Assembly: GCA_013265495.1 (NCBI GenBank) | Contig: MU057700.1 | Location: forward strand, 651,502 to 715,501 | Direction of reading: 5' to 3' | DNA length: 64,000 nucleotides | DNA from: Vicugna vicugna | Lineage: Eukaryota | In this document: positions 1-12,969 of the stretch, piece after piece | Layout of the letters: each line of letters opens with the position of its first letter | Position numbering within the stretch: the stretch's first letter is position 1 | Notes under the pieces: generated by a model | Seen by the model: the letters and a program-made list of their open reading frames with translations, nothing else | What the model was told of the DNA's origin: nothing | The model's database searches: none | Made by a program: the position numbers and the translations under genes

Positions 1-2929
1 GACAAGAAGTCATAATCACTTGCTGAGAATGATCAGTTATTTTCTCATCCCACTCCCAGGGACCTGTTACTCCATGTTTGCTCATATGAAGGGCCTGAAA
101 ACATCCAAGGGTCTCCATTGGCTTCCTGACTAACACAGAAACATTCTTCGTGTGACCCCGTTTTGCCCCAATCTCACCAAAATGCCTGGCTAAGTTCTGG
201 TTCTCTGATTTCTGTAGGAGCTCCATAATATAATCCAGACAAGTTGTCTTCTGAGTTAATCCAAAAGTGAATATTGTCAGAAATGGGTGGTAGTCTTGGC
301 CAACACCCCTGGTTCCCTGACACAATCTGGTTTTCCATTCTGTGATAAGCATGAACTTAGAGGAGGCATAAGAAGTGCTTGGGCTCCTGGGCCAGGAGGT
401 AGGTGGACGTCTGCCTCTTAGGGATCCTGATCCCTTCTGGGGCACAGAAAACTTCACTTCTATGTAGCCCGAAGGCACCTGGAGGACTCGGGCAAGCAGC
501 AGGAAGGAGGGGGCTGCCAGCCCTTGATGCTTTCCCAGTAAGCTCTTAGTATGTGGGGACCCAGCTCTCCCAAGAGAGCCGACCCTGCCCTCCGCTGACA
601 CCCCTTTCTTCTCACAGCATGCCCTGTGGAGGGAGGGGCAGGAGGCCAGACAAACCTGGCTTCAGTCCCAGCCCTGCTTCCGTGTCAGATTTGTCACTGG
701 GGATGGGTCACCTGGGAACAGTCATGGAGCCTCCTGGAGCCCCGTTTCCTCCCATGTCACCAGAAGGAGTGTAACCTGCAAAATTATTTTAGGGAATTGA
801 TGGTATGTAAAGCTCCTGGCACGTCATAGGCTCTCAACACGTAGGAACAGCATTTTTTTCCCTAATTTCATGGGCTTCATCCTGATGCACAGAGAGAAAG
901 ACCGCCCACCTCTCATTTCAGGAAAGGAACTCCTGAAAGTGCTAAGTAGGAAATGGAGAGAATTCACAAGTGGGGCTTGAATGGAACATGAGGGGCATGG
1001 ACAGGTTGGTGGTGGAAATTAATGATGATGTGGCCGTGTCATCATCACCATCCTCGCCATTATTGCCCCTATGTCCAAGGCCCTGCCAGTTCTTTGTCCA
1101 ACTGGCAGCTGCTCCGTGTGGGCGGACAGCGGGGAGGTTGAGTGGGCTGGGGACTTCTGCTGAAGCCAGTGAGATCTGTCTGGGGACCCCCAGCCCCTGA
1201 GCAGACCCAGGCCCAGAGCCCAGGCTTTAAGAGGCTCCCAGGGGACAGCTGACATTGCTCAGCATCTCCTTCCTCACAGCTCTTCTCACAGAAGCCACAG
1301 TGTGCTACCTGAGGGCACGACGGACGGAGTGGGCCAGGCCAGAGGGGATTCCACTCAGCCCACACGGAGGGGGCACGCGGGACAGGCCTCTTGTGCCCTT
1401 GGAGCCAGGCCCTGGGTGCCTGGATGGATACACTTGGAAAAGTGGTTCTGGCCGCTGCCTGGGAAACCTTCACTCCCCACAGGGACTGCCTCTTCTGCAT
1501 CATCCTCGCCTTCAACCTCTAGTCCATGCCTGGCTGGGAAAACCCAGACCCTCAAATCAGCCCCAGACCCTGAGGGCTGCCCACCCTGCATGGCCCCAAT
1601 ACCCCTGTTCTCCCGACTATACCTTACACTTGTCTCTGGAAGGCCGGTCCCCATGTTTTCAGACTTCAGGACACAAAGTTGCCTCTGAGGTGAGTCCTGG
1701 GTACAGACTGGAGTGAGGAGGTCAGGGCACAGGGAAACCCAGGAGCAAGGTGCACCCCAGCCCTCCCTGTATCTACTTCCTGGCATATTTCACCCCAACA
1801 GTCCCCTCTCACCCTGATTCCCCGTGTTTGTCGAGGATACACTCTGGGCAGTCCTGGGGAGAGAACCCAAGGGAATTAACACGACTCTTTTGTTCTGATT
1901 ACAGCTTATTATCATAATGGAGAGACTTTCTGGACTCTCCCCAATTTTCCTCTCTCCTTAAAATTTTCAATTAAGAGCCTAACCTAGATGGAAAATGGCC
2001 ATTTTCTGGAATGTTCTCCGAAGTACTGATTCCCCATTGCTGAGTGCTTTTTCCTAAACAGATAAAGACTCTCAATGATTCTGAATAAAATTAGAGCCAA
2101 AGACCTCAAAGGGAGGGAGGAGAGAGGAGGGCGCCCGCACGACGTTCTGGTGAGTCAGCACCCTGGAGCCGGCCCTTCCCTGCGGGCACTGGCATGAATG
2201 GTGGAGGGTCTCTGAGTCCCGTCCAGCCTGGAGAGGAGCTGTGAGCCAAGGAACAGCGTGGTCATCCAGGGAGCCAGGCCCGGCTGCCAGCGAAGCAGCT
2301 GAAGTCTTGAGGAAACATCCTGATTGCATTAACGAGGTGGCACCACCAGTGCATAATCAAATCTCCCTGGAGGACGTGGCTTCCAGAAGGGTTCCTGCTC
2401 ACATGTGACAAATTTGGAGCAACCGAGCCAAACAGAGCAGAAGGGGGGAAGTTGGGTGCTCGGGACCCCAGGTGGGAGGTGGGAGGCCCCCCCCCCAACC
2501 TGGGATGAAGGGCAGCACAGGGTCCGTGAGCAGTGCTGGTAGCCAAGCGCCAGGAGGCAGCCTTTCCCAGCGATCACATGTGCAGACAGCTGGCATGCGA
2601 AGCGCCAGTTACCTGCCCAGCAGCCCCACACCTTAGGCCCTTCTAGTTCTACAGGTAAGGAGGGCTGCCTGGAAGACCTGCGTGCTGCAGGTGGCAATGG
2701 GTCTGAGTCCATCCTCTCATGCCAAAGCCTCCAGCTCAGGGGGATGAGCTCTGGACTCCAAAGAAGGAGAGACTGAGCTCTCTTTCCAGCTCTCCAGCTC
2801 CACCTTCCTCGCTCCAGCCTACCTGCACCTCAGTGGGGCAGGACCAATTACATCTGCTTGTCAAGGTAGCTGTGAAAATCCTGGCACAAAGTCTATGATG
2901 CAGGGCTGTGGGTGTGCACCTCAGAGCGG

Positions 2930-3280
2930 TGAGGTGAAGCCAACTGTGGTGCTGCCACCTGCTGGCTATGAGACCCTGGGGAATCTACTTAAACCTCGCT
3001 GGGGCTTAGCATCCTCATTGGTGAAATGGGGAATAACTATAGGGTTGTTCTGAGGTTCAAAATAACAGAATGTGGGGGAGGGTATAGCTCAATGGTAGAG
3101 CACAAGGTCCTGAGTTCAATTCGCAGTACCTCCATTAAAAAATTGAATAAATAAATACATAGATAAATAAACCGAATTCCCCCAACCTCCCCCCAAAATA
3201 ACAGAATGTATATCAAGCACTAAATACAGAGCCTGGCCCAGTAATGATAGTGGCTGTTGTTCAGTTGATTGTTATTAGAA
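2930..3280 (+). mobile_element. MIR fragment interrupted by a SINE
   Basis: Core GGCTATGAGACCCTGGGGAATCTACTTAAACCTC...CTCATTGGTGAAATGGGGAATAA...AGGGTTGTTCTGAGGTTCAAA, resuming with AAGCACT...CAGAGCCTGGC after the SINE. Confidence 0.6.
3074..3194 (+). mobile_element. tRNA-derived SINE (Vic-1-like, camelid)
   Basis: GGGGGAGGGTATAGCTCAATGGTAGAG (A box), GAGTTCAATTC (B box), AAAT-rich tail. 15-bp TSD AAAATAACAGAATGT at 3059-3073 and 3195-3209. Confidence 0.9.
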
Positions 3281-4607
3281 AGCGCAGACAGGACCATTCC
3301 CACTGGAGGCAGTGGCTAGAGTAGGGAGGTGGGGGTGACGTGAAAGTTCGCTTCTTCATGTTGCATTTCCAGCACTCTTGGGACACAACTCCGACTAACC
3401 CAATCACAGAAGACTAAGGGATATACCCAAGGCCAAAGTCCTGTAACATCCCAGTTTCTTCTCTAAGAATACTTGTTATAACAGTTGCCCCAGTAGCTAA
3501 CTCTATATTCTTATGTCCTGACCATGGTGAGAAAGTACATATGAGAGTTTTTTGACATAGCTTTTTTGAACAAAGGTAGAAAATGCAGGGATGAAGGAAC
3601 ACACCTAGAGACCAGGACACACAGCAGCTCCGTCAACCTGCTGACATGCATGGGGGTGCCCCATTGTGGACCTTCAACCCCAGCAGGACTCCTAGCTGCC
3701 CATCCTAGCTGGCACAACCTCTGTCACCTGGGCCAGCCTCATCTCGCCCTCCGTCCCCCTTCACCCCTCTTCTCTTCCCTCCTGCCAGCTCCTGTCCGGG
3801 GACTTCTGCCCTTTGCTGACACCCACAGCTTCCTGCTGTCCGCTCCTCATGCCCTGGAGCCTCATACCTGCCTGAACATGTGTCCACTTCACCCACCTGA
3901 GTTCCAGGAGAGGGCATTTGTCCTGCTTACCTGTACACAGCAGGGAGGACTCAGCTCTGGAGCCTGAGTGTGGACCTGGCTCTACCACATGGCCTCTCTG
4001 TGCCTCCGTCTCCTTGTCTTTCTGTGCATCATGGACTCACACAGGATCCTGGGCTTGGCACACAGATTGCGCTCGGTAGCTGCACCTGGCACTGGACAGC
4101 CTGGCATTCACTAAGCACCCAATGAATGGTGACTAAGGAAAGCCATCACTTCTAAGAGGAAGAGAAGAAAAGAGGACCAGAGATGGCTGACAGGGAGTGT
4201 GGCCCTGAGGAATGGGGAAACAGGGAGGGAGGATGTAATTCAAGATTTGGAGATAAGAGGAAATGGGGGTGCGTGTGTACATATATGTGTGCACACGTGC
4301 TGAGCGTGGGGCTCTGAGTGCACTGTGAAGCTCATAGGACTCTGTGCCGGGCCCCATGGGGACCCTGGTGGCAGGAGCTGGGAGAGCCAGCAGTCCACCT
4401 CCCTGGAGCTGGGAGAGCCCCATCAGTCCCAACCCTCGGGGAAGCCCAGGGTCTGAGAAGCAGATGGAGCCCCCTGAGCCCCCTGGATGGACCCAAGGAG
4501 GTTCCTGGTGGTGTGTCAGCTAAGATGGGAGGGAAGTGGGTGCAGGGAAAAGGGCTGGGCTGGGGGCAACGGAGAAGAGGAGGATGGAAGTGGCGATGGC
4601 CTCGGTC

Positions 4608-4740
4608 TTGTTACTTGACCTCGGCGAGCTCCAGTGCCTCATCACCAAAGGGGGTGACAACTGCGCCTCTGCTTCTAGTACAAGAGCTGAGAGGAAATTC
4701 CTGTAAAGCACCTGAAACTGGGCGTGGTGCATGGGAATCT
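4608..4740 (-). mobile_element. Degenerate MIR
   Basis: Minus strand GTGCTTTACAGGAATTTCCTC...GATGAGGCACTGGAGCTCGCCGAGGTCAAGTAAC resembles the MIR core. Confidence 0.45.
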
Positions 4741-5419
4741 GTCCGTCAGCGCCGGCCGTGATGGTGAGGAGGGAGGTGGCAATGCGGTGCGGAGCGTGGT
4801 CCACCCTGGAGAGTCCCCGCCAGCCAGAACGCTTATGACATGCAGAGCAGAGCACTGACGACAACCAGGACGTCCAGCCTTTGGGGAAGCCTCAGAAATG
4901 GCAGTATCAGGACTAAGCACATCATAAGAGAGATTCAACTATTAAAAAATTAAGTGGATAAGGCAAGATTACTTAGAAGTGTACCTGTCCAAAATGGCAG
5001 CCATGGAAACATTCTCAGGCCTGAAAGAAAGCATAGAAAGGTTTAAGCAAGTTCACGTAGGTCCTCAGGCCACAGTCTTGGGGGTCAGGACTTCTCTCTC
5101 TTTCCTGAACCTGCAGCAGCACATACCGTGCCCAGGATGTTCTCAGCGGCCCCTGTGATTTCAAACACTCAGGGTTTCTCCTACCTGACTCAGGGCGCCT
5201 GTATGTGCGAGGCTTTCAGACCTCAGAGGAACTCCTGGGGGAGGAAGGGTGGGCAGCAACAGGGGAAAGCCCCACCCAGCTGTCAGCGTGCTCTTTGTGG
5301 TCCTCACGGCCCGCAACAAAATAAAATGTTTGTTCTTTGAAAAAAATCACCAAAATCAACAATCGTTTATCCTGATTGATTTTAATAAAAAGGGAAGCCT
5401 CGGATTACTAAAATCATAA

Positions 5420-8280
5420 AATGAAAGTAAAACACTATTACTGGATACATGTAAATTAAAAGGAACGTAAAGAAATACTATTAACATTTGTAAGCAAAAA
5501 AACTGGAGAACCTAGATGAAATGGGCAAATTACTAGAAATACACAATCAACCAAAATTTGATCATAAAGAAATGAAAACTATGATTAGGCTCATAACTAG
5601 TGAAGAAGATTGAGTCATGAATCAAAAATATCCCAACAATTAAAAAAAAATCCCAACAATAAAGGCCCAGGACTGGATAACCTCAATGGTGAATTCTATC
5701 AAAATTTAAAGAAAAGTCAACAATAATCCTTCCTCAACTCTTCCAAAAAACTGAAAATGAGGGAGCACTTCCAAATTTGTTCTGAGGGCTGTATTATTTG
5801 ATGCCAAAGCCAAACACTGCAAGTACAGAAAACCAATAGTCCTTGAGAATATTGATGCAACAGTCAAGAAAATACTAGCAGACTGAATTCTGCAGAATAT
5901 GAAAACGTTTATACTCTGTGATCAAATAGATTTATTTCCACAATGCAAAGATAGTTCAACATACAAAAATCAAACAATGTAACATTGCACATTATTTAAA
6001 TGAAGAAGTCAAAATACGTGATAATCTCAACTGAAGCTGGAAAAGAGTATGATAAAATCCAACACTCTTTCTCAATTAAAAACTCTTAAAGTAGGAATAG
6101 AGAAAAATCCCCATCATGATAAAGCTATATATGAAAAGTACACAACAAACGTATCATGGTGAAAGATTAAAACTTTTACTTTAATATCATATATGGATAC
6201 CACTTGCATTAATTCTCTTTAGCATAGCATTGAAAGTCCTAGCCAGAATAATTAGGCAAGAAAAAGAAAAGTTATCCAAATTGAAAAGGAAGAAGTGAAA
6301 TTATCTCTCTTCTTGGATAATATGTAAAAACCCTTAAAGATTCCACAAAAAACTTGTTAGAATTAATAGACAATATCTGCAAAGTTTTAGAATACGAAAT
6401 CAAACTGTTAAAAAATCAGCTGCATTCCTATATAGTAGCAATGAACATCCAAAGAGGAAATTAACTCAATTCCATTTGAAATAGCATCAAACAGAAAATA
6501 CTTATGAATAAATTTAATCAACAAGGCAAAAGATTTGTGCACTAAAAACTATAACACATTGCTGAAAGCAAGAAGACATAAGTCATTGGAAAGACAAATT
6601 CATGGACTGCAGACTTTATATTGTTAAGCTGACATTATTACTAAGTCTATCTACAGATTCAATGAAATCTCTATCAAAATCTCAATAGCAATTTTTTGCT
6701 GAGATTAAATAATCCATGCTAAAATTCATACGATTCTCAAAGGCCCACAAATAGCTTTAAAAGATCTTGAAAAAGAAGAATATAATAAGAGGACTCACAT
6801 TTTTTGGTTTTCTGGTTTCAAAATTTATTACAAATCTACAGTGATCATAACAATGTGGTAATGTCATAAAAATAGACATACAGATCAATGGACTAGAATA
6901 GAGCTCCTAGAAATATACATTTATATATGTTGTCAGTGATTTTGAAAAGGATGCCAAGAGCATTCAGTATTTTCAACAAGTGGCCCTCGGAAAACTGAAT
7001 GTCCACATGCAAAAGAATGCAGTTGGATTCTTACCTTATACCATAGACAAAATATATTTCAACAAGGATCAAAGACCTAAATGTAAGAGTTAAAACTAAA
7101 GGCATACCTCGGAGATATTGTGGATTCTGTTCCAGATCAGTAAAATGAAGCAAATATGGCAATAAAGTTGGTCACACAAATTTTGTTTTCCTAGAGCATG
7201 TAAAACTTATGTTTACACTATACTGTAGTCTATTATGTGTTCAATAACATTATGTCTAAAAACAATGTGTATACTACAATTAAAATATAATGCTATTGAG
7301 AAAATTCAGCCAATGCTTGACATAGGGTTGCCACAAACCATCAATTTGTAAAAAAAAAAAAAGATGGAATATCTCTGAAGAGCAATAAAGCAAAGCACAA
7401 TAAAATGAAGTATGCCTGTATTAAACTCCTAGATGAAGACATAGGGGACAAGCTTCATGACATTAGGTTTGGCAGTGAAGTTTTGGATATGACACCAAAA
7501 GTGCAGGGATTAAAAGAAATAAATAGATAAACCAAAAAAAAGTTCATGAAAATTTAAAACTTTTGCATGAAGGATACTATCAAGTAAGTGAAAGATAATC
7601 CACAGAATGAGAGAGAATATTTGCAAGTCATATATCTCACAAGAAATTGATATCCAGATATATAAAGAATGCCTATAACTCACCAACAGCAACAATAACA
7701 ACAGCAAAAAAAAAAAAACCCACAAAAAAACCCAAAGAACCCAATTCAAAAATGGATAAAGGGTTTGAACATATATTTCTCCAAAGAATATATAAAAATG
7801 GCCAATAATCAAGAACATAAAAAGATACTCAACATACTAGTTATTGGGAAATGCAATCAAAACCACAGTGAGATATCACTTCACACCCACTGAGATGGCT
7901 ATTATCAAAAAACAAAATACCATGCAACGTGGGAAATAACAAGTGTTAGAGAAATGTGGAGAAGTGGGAACAATTGTGCATTACTTATGGGAATGTAAAA
8001 TGGGGCAGCCATTGTGGAAAAAATTATGGCATAGTTTACACAATTAAGTGTAGAATTATCATATGATCCAGCACTTCTACTCATAGGCATATGACCAAAG
8101 TGTTAAAAGCAGGAACTCAACCAGATGCATACACAGTAATGTCAACAATAGCACTATTCCCCAAAGTGGAAAAAAACCCATTCACTCCTCAACAGATGAA
8201 AGGACTAAAATGTGATGTACTTCACACGATGGAGTATTATTCAGCCCTATAAAGGAATGAAATTCTGATGCATGTTACAT
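5420..8280 (+). mobile_element. Old L1 (L1M-type) ORF2 to 3' region, decayed
   Basis: Continuous L1 ORF2-like sequence (GAACCTAGATGAAATGG, GGCCCAGGACTGGATAAC, AGTCCTAGCCAGAATAATTAGGCAAGAAAAAG, GAGATATCACTTCACACCCAC) with many stops and frameshifts. Confidence 0.9.
7099..7418 (-). mobile_element. Internally deleted Tigger1 derivative (MITE) inserted in L1
   Basis: Both Tigger1 termini present (aAGGCATACCTCGGAGATATTG... and ...CAATAAAATGAAGTATGCCTG). TA TSD at 7097-7098 and 7419-7420. L1 sequence resumes on both sides. Confidence 0.88.
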
Positions 8281-8790
8281 GTCTTGCATTTCTGTAATAA
8301 TTAGCAATGTCGAACATCTTTCCATATGCCTGTTAGCCATCTGTATGTCTCCGTTGGAAAAATGTCTACTCATCTTCTATCCATTTTTTCCCCCAAAAAT
8401 GACATAATAATTTTATTATACCTATTAGTAGTTAACTGCCTGACACATCTTTACAACACTTTCCCCTTGCATCTTTTTTCTGAATACTTAAAAACAATTG
8501 AGATAAAATTTATATAATATCTATATCACCATTTGAAAGCATACAATTCAGTGGCTTTTAGTATACTCACTATGTTATGCAACCATCACCACTATCTAAT
8601 TGCAAAACATTTCTATCACGCCCCCGAAATCTATCACTGCCAGAAGTCAGTCCCAAACCCCCATCTTCCCACCCGCTGTGAACACTAATCTAGCTTCTGT
8701 CCTTATGGGTTCACCTATCCTGGACATTTCACATAAATGGTACCATACAGTATGTGTTCTTTTGTGTCTAACTTTTCTCACTTAGCATTC
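8281..8790 (-). mobile_element. Antisense L1 fragments (ORF2 end 8281-8390; L1MB-like 3' end ~8490-8790)
   Basis: TTGCATTTCTGTAATAATTAGCAATGTCGAACATCTTTCC and CATACAATTCAGTGGCTTTTAGTATACTCAC...GCAACCATCACCACTATCTAAT motifs. Confidence 0.75.
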
Positions 8791-8965
8791 CTTCTGCTTT
8801 AGGAACAAGGAGATCACAAAGGTCTCTTCCTTGGGTCTGACCAAGACTGTCCTTGCCGCGCCTCTCTCAAAGGCTGGGGTCCACTTGGACCACTTCCAGT
8901 CATCAGTGACCTTGGCGACAGAGGCATGTTGAGGAGCACCAGGGGCCAGGTGGGGGTCCACTCAC

Positions 8966-9207
8966 GCATCCAAGATGAAGTAGAGGTCGAAGTCCCCATC
9001 ATAGTCATACACCTTATTTGCCTTCTCGAGGTTTCTCCACCCTGGGTTGAGGTAGTGCTGAATGTTTTTGCAGCCCAAGCCAAGTCGTTGGAAGTTTCTC
9101 CAGTCCAGGATGCTGTGGTTGAAGCTCCCTGCACTCAGCAGTGGAGGGGGCAGCAACAGTAGCAGGAAGAGCCCGGGGCCGGGCATCCAGGGCCCATGGT
9201 TCTCCAT
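8966..9207 (-). CDS. ANTXRL: First coding exon of an anthrax toxin receptor-like gene (signal peptide plus start of vWA domain); downstream exons not found, may be a pseudogene or partial duplicate
   Basis: Translation MENHGPWMPGPGLFLLLLLPPPLLSAGSFNHSILDWRNFQRLGLG...GWR...GDFDLYFILD(A) matches the ANTXRL N-terminus as I recall it (LLLLLPPPL.RAGS...DWRIF.RL.LG...PGWR...FDLYFILDK). It ends in phase 2 at donor GC|GTGAGT (GT 8965-8964), immediately after FDLYFILD, as in ANTXR genes. Confidence 0.88.
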
Positions 9208-9355
9208 TTACCTGGCTGCCCCTGAGGCCCCACTGGACCCCAGGCATGCCAGGTTCCTAAGGCCATGGCCTCTACCACCTCTGCTGGTGCTCAGGGGCCT
9301 TGGTCCCTCTAGCTCTTTCACTAAGGTACACTGCGAGCCTTTCTTGGTACCTGCC

Positions 9356-9502
9356 CTAGGGGCAGAAAGGAAAAGATGGCTGGCTTTGGGTAATGGCCCC
9401 ACCCTTACTTGAAGGAGGCAGAATTCCCTATGAGCTACCTTATGATGGACAACAAGGTTGGCATGGTGACTTTGTGACCTGCAGCTCTGCTCAGTGTCTT
9501 AC
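9356..9502 (-). other. Putative 5'UTR intron of the ANTXRL-like gene
   Basis: Minus-strand donor CAG|GTAAGA (GT 9502-9501) and strong acceptor CTTTTCCTTTCTGCCCCTAG|G (AG 9357-9356), upstream of the ATG at 9207. Confidence 0.5.
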
Positions 9503-10309
9503 CTGTTGACAATTCCAGGGCAAGTCAGGGGATCGCTGGAGGGGGGGGAAGATGAAGCCTTCATTTACTCCTCATCCCAAACCCTCGCAGGCAGCCATTA
9601 AACCCTGGAGAAATCCTGCCTTTTTATCAATTGAAAGAGGGCAGCTGAGGTGGCTTAGATGAGGGCATCACTGAAGGGGAGGATGTCAAGGAACTGGGAG
9701 TCTAGACTGTGGCAGTGGTCATTTGTGTGACCCAGTGGATGGATGGATCCAGAAGAGGAAGAAGGTTCCTGTAAGAATGTCAAAGTCTCTTGTGAATGAG
9801 GGGCATTCCTGTTACCTTTTGCTATCAAACCACCCCAGACTGAGTGACAACAAATGAACTATTTTGTTATGCTCACATTTTTCATGACCAGAAATCAGAG
9901 CGCGCTGAGTAGGGACGGCCTGTTTCTGCTCCATGGATCTACACTGGACATTAACAACTGAGTCAAAAGTAATTCAAACACTCAGACTGTGAATGTACAA
10001 ATTTTTAGAAGTATATACCAATTTATTTTATTTTCTTTTATATGCACAAAGGAGTGATATATACTAAAACTCATTCTCTAATGAGTCTAAAGTAGATCTT
10101 TCAATATATATAACAAAAATAAAGCATTGTCTTAGCAATTACTACTTTTTTTAAAAAGTTACTTAAAATAATGGAATATCTTATATAAATGATATTTGGA
10201 ATTTATGAAATCTAGTGTACTCCCAACACCATATTAGGTTTTACTTGATTCACATCCTTCATGAAACTTAGTATTTTCATATTTTTATATATTTTTCTAT
10301 TAGCTCAAT

Positions 10310-11100
10310 ATCTTTTTAATTGAAGTACATTGATTTACAATATTGGATTAGTTACAGGTATACATCAAAGTGATTCAGTTATTTTTTTTTCAGATTATGT
10401 TCCATCGTAGGTTATACAAGGTATTGAATATAATTTGGGTTACTATAAAAAATTAAATAACAACCCTTCTTCCCCAAAAAACATCATGCTGATTATTTTT
10501 CTAGTGAAGTGTTGACTAGAGCTGTGATGGAGGCATTCTTGATTTTAAAGAGAATGCTTCTAACACATCACCATTAAGAATGGTATTTATTAAAAGCTTT
10601 CGGTAGAAATCCTTGATCGGATAAGGGCATTTCACTAATATTCTTGGTGTGTTAGATATCATGAATGAGTGTTGAATTCTATCTAAATTTTTTCTGTATA
10701 TTTTGTAAGAAATATATATTTTCTCCACTAATATATTAATATGGCTAATTAAATTACTGCATCTGAAACAATGCTAACATGTTGTAAATAGACCCAAATT
10801 GACCATGATAAGTTTTTAAAATACTGCTGGACTGAGTTTAGTATTTAGATTTTTTTTTCTTTTTGCCTATGAACACAAGAATGGCTGGCCTGTAATTTCC
10901 TATTTGTGTGCTATTCTTACCTGGACTTGATAGTAGGTAATATTAGCCTCATAAAATGTACTTGGGAGTGTTTTACGTTGTCTTTGCAAAGACTTTGAAC
11001 ATGATCACAATAATCTGCTTCTTGAATACTTGCTATGATATCTCCTATACCTGGCATTTTGTGTGAAGTCCTTTAACTACTGATACAATTTATTTAATAT
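10310..11100 (-). mobile_element. L1 fragments (young 3' tail ~10310-10435; old ORF2 ~10520-11100)
   Basis: TTAATTGAAGTACATTGATTTACAATATT 3' terminus; ATCATGAATGAGTGTTGAATTCTATC-type ORF2 remnant. Confidence 0.7.
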
Positions 11101-11101
11101 T

Positions 11102-11403
11102 TGCTATGGACTGAACTGTGCCCCTCCTCTCAAATTCATATATGGAGCCCTAATCCTTAATGTGACTGTATTTGGATGTGGGGCCTTTAGGAGGTGATTG
11201 TGGTTAAATAAGGTCATAGGGTTGGACCCTAATCCTATAGGTTTGGTGTCCTCATCAGAAGAGGAGGAGTCCCCATAGCTGTCTGTCCACACAGTCACAG
11301 TGGAAAGGCAGCTGGGGACACAGAGGGAAGGCGGCCATCTGCAAACCAGGAAGAGAGGCCTCATCAGAAACCAACCCTGCTGACGCCTTGACCTTAGACT
11401 TCC
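11102..11403 (+). mobile_element. MaLR LTR (MLT1A/B-like), 3'-truncated
   Basis: TGCTATGGACTGAACTGTGCCCC...CAAATTCATATATGGAGCCCTAA...GGCCATCTGCAAACCAGGAAGAGAGGCCTCATCAGAAACCAACCCTGCTG. Confidence 0.85.
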
Positions 11404-12329
11404 CGTCACTGTTTCTTGAAACTCTCTCCTTTCACTTGGGTTCATATTTCCTTCCAAAATATGTTCTTTAGGAGTTTGTGCGCCAAGAGAGGGCGTTAAA
11501 CTTAGGCTTTATACCTCTGAAAATATCTGTTTTGTGCTCACTCTTTAATAACAGTTCAGTTAGCTACAGAATTCTATGTGGACAGATTATTTTCAAGGTT
11601 ATCCTAGAAGTTCTATAATTTCACTAAGGCTGTGTGACTGCACATTAGAGATTTGATTTCTCATGTCCATATTCATTAATAAGCTCTCTTCATAGAAGAA
11701 AAGTTTTGCTCTGGGGATTATTACCCAGAGTTTTAATGCCTGTTCTGAATGCCACATTCCCCACCTTTCCCCACTTCAGACTCATCATAATTTTGTTCCT
11801 TTACAATTGTATCTGTGTAATAGATGCTCCAATACCTTGGGGAAAAGCACAGAACTTTATCACCTTATGTCCCCATACCCTCTTCCCTCAGGGGCATTCA
11901 GGACATTTACTGAGTAACTGGAGGAAGGAAGGAGCAGGGACTCAGAGCTCCCTCTCATGGAGTCTCTCTTCCCCAATCTAATCTGCTCCGCCCGTCCCCT
12001 GGGCTCAGACAAGGTGACCCACACACCTGGCTGCCCTTGCAAAAGCTCTGGTTACCTGAGACTCCACCCCGTCTCCTCTCGTCCTCCCTACAGGTGGCAG
12101 TCCTAGACAGTCCAAACCCTGACGTGAATGTAGCCATTCCTGCCAGTCCCCACCCTTCAGGCCCCGGTTTATTCCACCCTCCAGAGGTAGTTAAGTTCCC
12201 TGACACCTTTGCATTCTGTGAAGTCACAGAACTCACCATTATCTGGCACAAAGCTGCCATTTCAGGACTGAGGAGGCTCAGGAAAGGCAGAGAGGCCGAG
12301 GGTCAGCTCCAGTGAAGCCCGGGAGACTC

Positions 12330-12900
12330 CCAGGGCGCTGCAAAAATGGAGCTTGTGCGGCCGCTCAGGCTTGAGGGGGAAGGGGAGTCCAGGGCGCTGA
12401 CGGGGTCTCTGGGCAGCGCACGAAGAATCTGCCGCCGCGGGGCGCGGACCACCTGCACTGACATCCTGGCTGTCACCTGGGTCTCAGAGACCCAAGAGGA
12501 GAGAAGTCGCGGGGCACAGGAGGGCGAGTGAGCAGCGGCGAGCGCAGCCTCCCAGAAGGAGTCCAGATCCCCGGCCAGCGGCGTCTCGGAAGCGGGTCTC
12601 CCAGGCGCCGCACTCCGCGGGTTCCGCGCACTCGCAGGCCCCGCCGGAAAGGCTGCGAGCCCTGGTTGAGGGGCGGTCCCCGAGGCCCCGCCCTGGAGGC
12701 GGGGACAGCCCGGGAAGGCGGGGCCCGGCCGGCCCCCAGGCCTGCGCGCGTAGTTTCGATCCGCGCGTGTCTGGGCCCCGGACCTGGAGGCGGCGCGGGC
12801 TGCCAGCGCGTCCCCAGCGCCCAGCGCCGCGGGAAAGCCGAGGTGAGAAGCGCTGTCCTGCCCCCCGGGTCGGGGCCGCGAGTGGGCGTGGGGGTCGGGA
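12330..12900. promoter_or_regulatory. CpG island / promoter with a probable plus-strand first exon
   Basis: Very high GC and CpG density, GC boxes (GGGGCGG, CCCCGCCC), donor CCGAG|GTGAGA (GT 12843-12844) followed by a pyrimidine-rich tract. Confidence 0.75.
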
Positions 12901-12969
12901 GTCATCTCATTTCTACTGGCCTTTCCCCAGGGCAGAATGTCAGTCCTGCCTTTGATTGCCCGGGTCTTC

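Noticed and set aside
3074..3135. tRNA gene calls for the tRNA-like heads (also 45560-45640, 47278, 48495, 57250, 62590)
   Set aside because: Each has an AT-rich SINE tail, most have TSDs, and stems are mutated. They are SINEs, not tRNA genes.
553..5340. Many 60-150 aa ORFs, and a search for ANTXRL exons 2 onward
   Set aside because: No recognisable homology. No SGSV..NW or later vWA peptide with proper splice sites was found by eye. The 4520-4864 ORF overlaps a MIR.
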